Origin: an uncultured Gammaproteobacteria bacterium
Lineage (GTDB): Bacteria; Patescibacteriota; Patescibacteriia; Patescibacteriales; UBA12465
Length of the DNA: 64,000 nt
NCBI GenBank assembly: GCA_964588435.1
Contig: CAZPPI010000002.1
Coordinates: forward strand, 3,542 to 67,541
Direction of reading: 5' to 3'
This document shows positions 60,483 to 64,000 of the stretch, piece after piece. The first letter of the stretch is position 1, and every line of letters begins with the position of its first letter. A model generated the notes under the pieces. The model was not told the origin of the DNA. It did not search any database and worked only from the letters and a program-made list of their open reading frames with translations. The translations under genes were made by a program, and so were the position numbers.

Positions 60483-61829
60483 ATGGCGGGAATGAAAAAA
60501 ATATTTTCTTGTACGAATTGTGGCGCCCAATCTCTGAAATGGAGTGGGCGCTGTTTGGAGTGTGGTTCTTGGGGAACTTTAGTTGAGGAATTACTAGATG
60601 ATAAGGAAGTGAAAAGAGAGGCATTAAAAAAGATTGCTGGCGCTGAGATGATTTCTCTTGGTTCCTTAAAGCAGGAAAAATTAACTCGTTTTAAAACTAA
60701 TATTTCTGAAATCGATAGAGTTTTGGGCGGAGGAATTGTTCCCGGTTCTTTAATTCTATTAAGCGGAGAGCCAGGAATTGGTAAATCAACTTTAGTCGCC
60801 CAGATTGCTTCCTTAGCTGGGGAAGGAGAGCTTACTGCTTATGTTAGCGGTGAGGAATCAGCTTTGCAGGTTCGTGATCGAATGGCGCGCTTAGAAGTTA
60901 ATTTCGAAAAAATTAAATTCATTTCTGAGACTAATGTGGAAAAAATCATTGCTGCTGTTTTAAAAGAAAAACCAGCAGTTTTAGTTGTTGATTCAATTCA
61001 AACAGTTTATTCCTCTTTAATTCCTTCTGAGGCGGGCGGGATTTCTCAAATTAGAACGGCGGCGGTTAAATTTTTAGAACTTGCTAAAGAAAATAATATT
61101 GCTGTCATTTTAATTGGCCACATAACTAAAGATGGCCAAGTTGCGGGTCCGAAGTCATTAGAGCATATAGTTGACACCGTCTTGTATCTTGAAAATGAGG
61201 CGGGAAGTAATCATTGTTTTTTAAGAGCAACAAAAAATCGTTTTGGTTCAGTTAATGAGCTTGGAGTTTTAGAAATGACAAGCAAAGGTTTTAAAGAAAT
61301 TAAAAATCCTGGAGCAATTTTTATTGAAACAGTTGGAGGTAATTTATCGGGTTCGGTTGTTTCCTGTGTAATGGAGGGGAGTCGACCATTTTTAGTTGAT
61401 GTTCAGGCTTTAGTTTCAAAAACAGTTTTTGGTTATCCACAAAGGAAGGCGAGCGGCTTTGATTTAAATCGTTTAGCTGTTTTAAGTGCAGTTATTAGCA
61501 AGCGAACAAAAATTAATTTAACTGCTCAAGATATAATTTTAAATTTAGCGGGCGGTTTAAAAGCTTCTGATCCCGCTCTTGATTTAGCAGTTGCTGTCGC
61601 AATTATATCTTCTGTTAGTGATAAAAAAATTTTTCGTGAAACAATTGTTTTAGGAGAGATTGGTTTAGGCGGAGAAATTAGGCCGGTTAGTAAATTTGAG
61701 CAGAGAGTTAAGGAGGCGGAGCGGCTTGGTTTTAAAAAAGTTATTGCTCCAATGGTTAATATTAAAGATTCTAAATTAGAATTTTTAAGAGTAAAAAATT
61801 TGCAAGAGATAGTTGAGCTTATTAAATAA
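60483..61829 (+). CDS. radA: DNA repair protein RadA/Sms
   Basis: C4 zinc finger, GEPGIGKST, KNRFG, Lon-like C-terminus GEIGLGGE. Confidence 0.97.
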   Translation: MAGMKKIFSCTNCGAQSLKWSGRCLECGSWGTLVEELLDDKEVKREALKKIAGAEMISLGSLKQEKLTRFKTNISEIDRVLGGGIVPGSLILLSGEPGIGKSTLVAQIASLAGEGELTAYVSGEESALQVRDRMARLEVNFEKIKFISETNVEKIIAAVLKEKPAVLVVDSIQTVYSSLIPSEAGGISQIRTAAVKFLELAKENNIAVILIGHITKDGQVAGPKSLEHIVDTVLYLENEAGSNHCFLRATKNRFGSVNELGVLEMTSKGFKEIKNPGAIFIETVGGNLSGSVVSCVMEGSRPFLVDVQALVSKTVFGYPQRKASGFDLNRLAVLSAVISKRTKINLTAQDIILNLAGGLKASDPALDLAVAVAIISSVSDKKIFRETIVLGEIGLGGEIRPVSKFEQRVKEAERLGFKKVIAPMVNIKDSKLEFLRVKNLQEIVELIK

Positions 61830-61842
61830 AGCCAATAAAAAT

Positions 61843-61870
61843 AAAAAAAACGAGCTTGGGAGCTCGTTTT
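61843..61870. terminator. bidirectional intrinsic terminator
   Basis: AAAACGAGCT-TGGG-AGCTCGTTTT between convergent ORFs. Confidence 0.85.
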
Positions 61871-61925
61871 ATCGTCAAAATTCTTGACTTAGTTTTTATT
61901 GGTTGACCTAGTTTTTTGGTATTCA

Positions 61926-62240
61926 CTAGGCCACACATTTTTTTTCAGGCAGACGGTGGTGTTTTTGAAGTGGTGCAATTATTGCTAGAGCTTTTTTTTC
62001 TGCTTTTTTGTTCAGAAAAATAAGCTCGCTCACGGTTACTAACTTGGAAGTCCGGGAGGAATGTCCTGTAAATTTCCCCACGATTTGGTTCTGGTCGATG
62101 TCGAAATGAATTTCTTCAACTCTGCCTTGTTCTCCCTGGCGAGAACATGATATTCCTGATTTGCACATGTTTAAAATAGTTTTAAATTTACAATTTGGTT
62201 TATCTATTGGTTTCAAAAATCGTTTTGATCTCAAAGTCAC
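61926..62240 (-). CDS. hypothetical protein
   Basis: 104-aa ORF with upstream promoters and a downstream terminator; start uncertain. Confidence 0.5.
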   Translation of the reverse strand: MTLRSKRFLKPIDKPNCKFKTILNMCKSGISCSRQGEQGRVEEIHFDIDQNQIVGKFTGHSSRTSKLVTVSELIFLNKKAEKKALAIIAPLQKHHRLPEKKCVA

Positions 62241-62315
62241 TTATTGAGTTTTATCCAATTTTTAAGTTTTTATTTAAGTTTTAAAGTTCGATTTTTTTTC
62301 TAAGTAGATAATATA

Positions 62316-62386
62316 ATATTAAGTTTTTTAGTCCCTTTTGTCAATTAAAAATGGTAAAAATTATTAATGAGAACCATTAATGTCAA
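62316..62386 (-). promoter_or_regulatory. tandem sigma70-type promoters
   Basis: TTGACA-N17-TAATTT (62386-62358) and TTGACA-N17-TAATAT (62344-62316). Confidence 0.6.
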
Positions 62387-62434
62387 CAAGGGGGGGCGCA
62401 AAAGTTTGTCTCCAACTAGCTACGACACTAGCTA

Positions 62435-62463
62435 TTGACATTTAATAAAAAGTATGCTATAAT
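62435..62463 (+). promoter_or_regulatory. full-consensus sigma70 promoter with extended -10
   Basis: TTGACA-N17-TATAAT with TGn immediately before the -10. Confidence 0.85.
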
Positions 62464-62499
62464 GTATTTAGCAAATGAACATTAACAAAATATAATATA

Positions 62500-62748
62500 A
62501 TGAAAAAGATGAAAGTTTTGAGTATCGTTGCGACCAAGGTTCTTCTTGTCATAACGGGGTTAATCTTCTTACTCGGACTGGCCGGATTAGCCGAGTCAGT
62601 TTCGTTAGGGTCTGTTCTTTGGGCAATCTTTTCGGTTGCCATAATTTTTTTGTCGCTAAAGGGCATTATCTGTCTGGTAAAAACAAAAAATTTCAAGACA
62701 ATCAATCGCCTTGAAGGCCCGAAAAGTCTTGGTGAGCCGATGGAATAA
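62500..62748 (+). CDS. small two-TM membrane protein
   Basis: 82 aa with two hydrophobic segments, framed by a consensus promoter and a terminator. Confidence 0.75.
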   Translation: MKKMKVLSIVATKVLLVITGLIFLLGLAGLAESVSLGSVLWAIFSVAIIFLSLKGIICLVKTKNFKTINRLEGPKSLGEPME

Positions 62749-62770
62749 AGGACTAGCTGTCCTAAGTATT

Positions 62771-62794
62771 AAGGAGTCAAATGACTCCTTTTTT
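62771..62794 (+). terminator. intrinsic terminator
   Basis: AAGGAGTCA-AA-TGACTCCTT followed by a T-run. Confidence 0.85.
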
Positions 62795-62812
62795 CTTTGT
62801 CAAAAACGCTTT

Positions 62813-64000
62813 TTATTCTAGGTGAAAATCTCTATCTAAAGCTCCGAGCTTGGCTTTGAGTAAGGGGTAATTTTTTAAATTCTCATCTTCTTTTAAAATT
62901 TTATAGGCGAAGTCGCGAGATTTTTTTATTGTCTCTAAGTCAAATAAAGCGAGAACGCTTAAATCAAAAAAGCCGCTTTGATAGGAACCAAAAATTTCGC
63001 CGCCACCTCTTAAGCTTAAATCAATTTTTGCTAAATCAAGACCGCGACTATATTTTTCTAAAGATTTTAATCGTTCAAGTGTTTTCTCATTTTTTATTTC
63101 ATCCTTGCTTGGAAAAAGAAAACAATATGACTCTAAGTCGCTCCTATTAACTCGACCCCGAAGTTGATGTAATTGTGCTAAACCAAAACGATCAGCGCCC
63201 TCAATTAATATAATAGTTGCATTAGGAATATCAATTCCAACCTCAATCACCGTTGTTGCCATTAAAATATCAATTTTTTTGGTCGCAAAGTCTGCCATGA
63301 TTTTTTCCTTTTCATCTTTTTTTAATTTGCCGTGGATTAAAGCAACTTTAAATTCTTTAAAATCAGCGGCGGCAATTTTTTCATATTCCTCTTGAGCCGA
63401 TTTAAAAGAAATTTTATCAGAGGCTTTAATTAGAGGATAGACAAAAAAAGCTTGGCGACCATTTTTAATTTCTTTTTTTATAAAGTCATAAATTTTCTCT
63501 CTTTCGTTTTCTTTACAAACTTTTGTTTTAGTTTTTTTTCTTCCAAGAGGAAGCTCGTCTATTAAGGATAAATCTAAGTCACCATAAATTGCTAAAGACA
63601 TAGAGCGGGGAATTGGAGTTGCCGTTAATGAGAGAAAATGAGGACTTGAATTTCCTTCTTTATTTAAGTCAATTATTTTTTTTCTCTGATTAACCCCGAA
63701 GCGATGTTGTTCATCAACAATAACTAAGCCTAGATTTTTTAAAACCGATTTTTCTTGAATTAAAGTTTGAGTGCCAATCACAAGATCTGCTTCTTCTGGA
63801 TTTCCTATTTTATAGGAGCGAGTTTTTAGGGCAATTTTAAAATTATAAGCTTCTAGAAGTTTGGAAATTGTTTTAAAGTGTTGTGCTGCTAAAATCTCAC
63901 TTGGGACCATTAGAGCCGCTTTCTTGGTGTTTAAAGCTGTATTTAACATCGCAATCACCGCGACCAAAGTTTTACCACTACCAACATCACCTTCTAATAA
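62813..64000 (-). CDS. recG: ATP-dependent DNA helicase RecG (5' part outside window)
   Basis: The frame continues to the window edge with LLEGDVGSGKT; DEQHRFGV, TATPIPRS, QLHQLRGR. Confidence 0.95.
   Translation of the reverse strand, partial: LLEGDVGSGKTLVAVIAMLNTALNTKKAALMVPSEILAAQHFKTISKLLEAYNFKIALKTRSYKIGNPEEADLVIGTQTLIQEKSVLKNLGLVIVDEQHRFGVNQRKKIIDLNKEGNSSPHFLSLTATPIPRSMSLAIYGDLDLSLIDELPLGRKKTKTKVCKENEREKIYDFIKKEIKNGRQAFFVYPLIKASDKISFKSAQEEYEKIAAADFKEFKVALIHGKLKKDEKEKIMADFATKKIDILMATTVIEVGIDIPNATIILIEGADRFGLAQLHQLRGRVNRSDLESYCFLFPSKDEIKNEKTLERLKSLEKYSRGLDLAKIDLSLRGGGEIFGSYQSGFFDLSVLALFDLETIKKSRDFAYKILKEDENLKNYPLLKAKLGALDRDFHLE

Noticed and set aside
62457-62705. 82-aa minus-strand ORF
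   Set aside because: Antisense to the plus-strand ORF, which has a consensus promoter and terminator.

Overview
AT-rich bacterial chromosome segment that looks like a Patescibacteria (CPR, Parcubacteria-like) genome. This is inferred from the A/U-rich start contexts with almost no Shine-Dalgarno motifs, CPR-style pilin-like proteins and gene content. TGA terminates several genes, so the genetic code is 11. Most of the window is housekeeping: murD (partial), polA, tRNA-Ala, yebC-ruvC, glgA/GH57, ftsK, murE, rpoBC, murJ, lepA, recJ-rnhA, xth, leuS, rsmA, radA and recG (partial). Two regions stand out. (1) An ~18.5 kb chromosomal locus between rsmA and radA (41.9-60.5 kb) encodes a minimal Gram-positive-type type IV secretion set: extended VirB6, PrgI/VirB3, an apparently split VirB4 and a VirB8-like protein. 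It has no relaxase, coupling protein or integrase in the window, and it is led by a 2782-aa secreted Cys-rich protein with a recurring C-x5-G-C motif, CBM-like domains and a C-terminal PKD-like domain. (2) A pyruvate:ferredoxin oxidoreductase operon (31.8-37.6 kb) is interleaved with two paralogous VirB2-like pilin fusion genes and headed by a CxxS DsbA-family gene; one pilin carries a Zn-peptidase-like (M15/LAS) domain. Together they suggest a domesticated, disulfide-rich host attachment and wall-breaching apparatus (inference). All calls come from reading motifs by eye; no searches were run.
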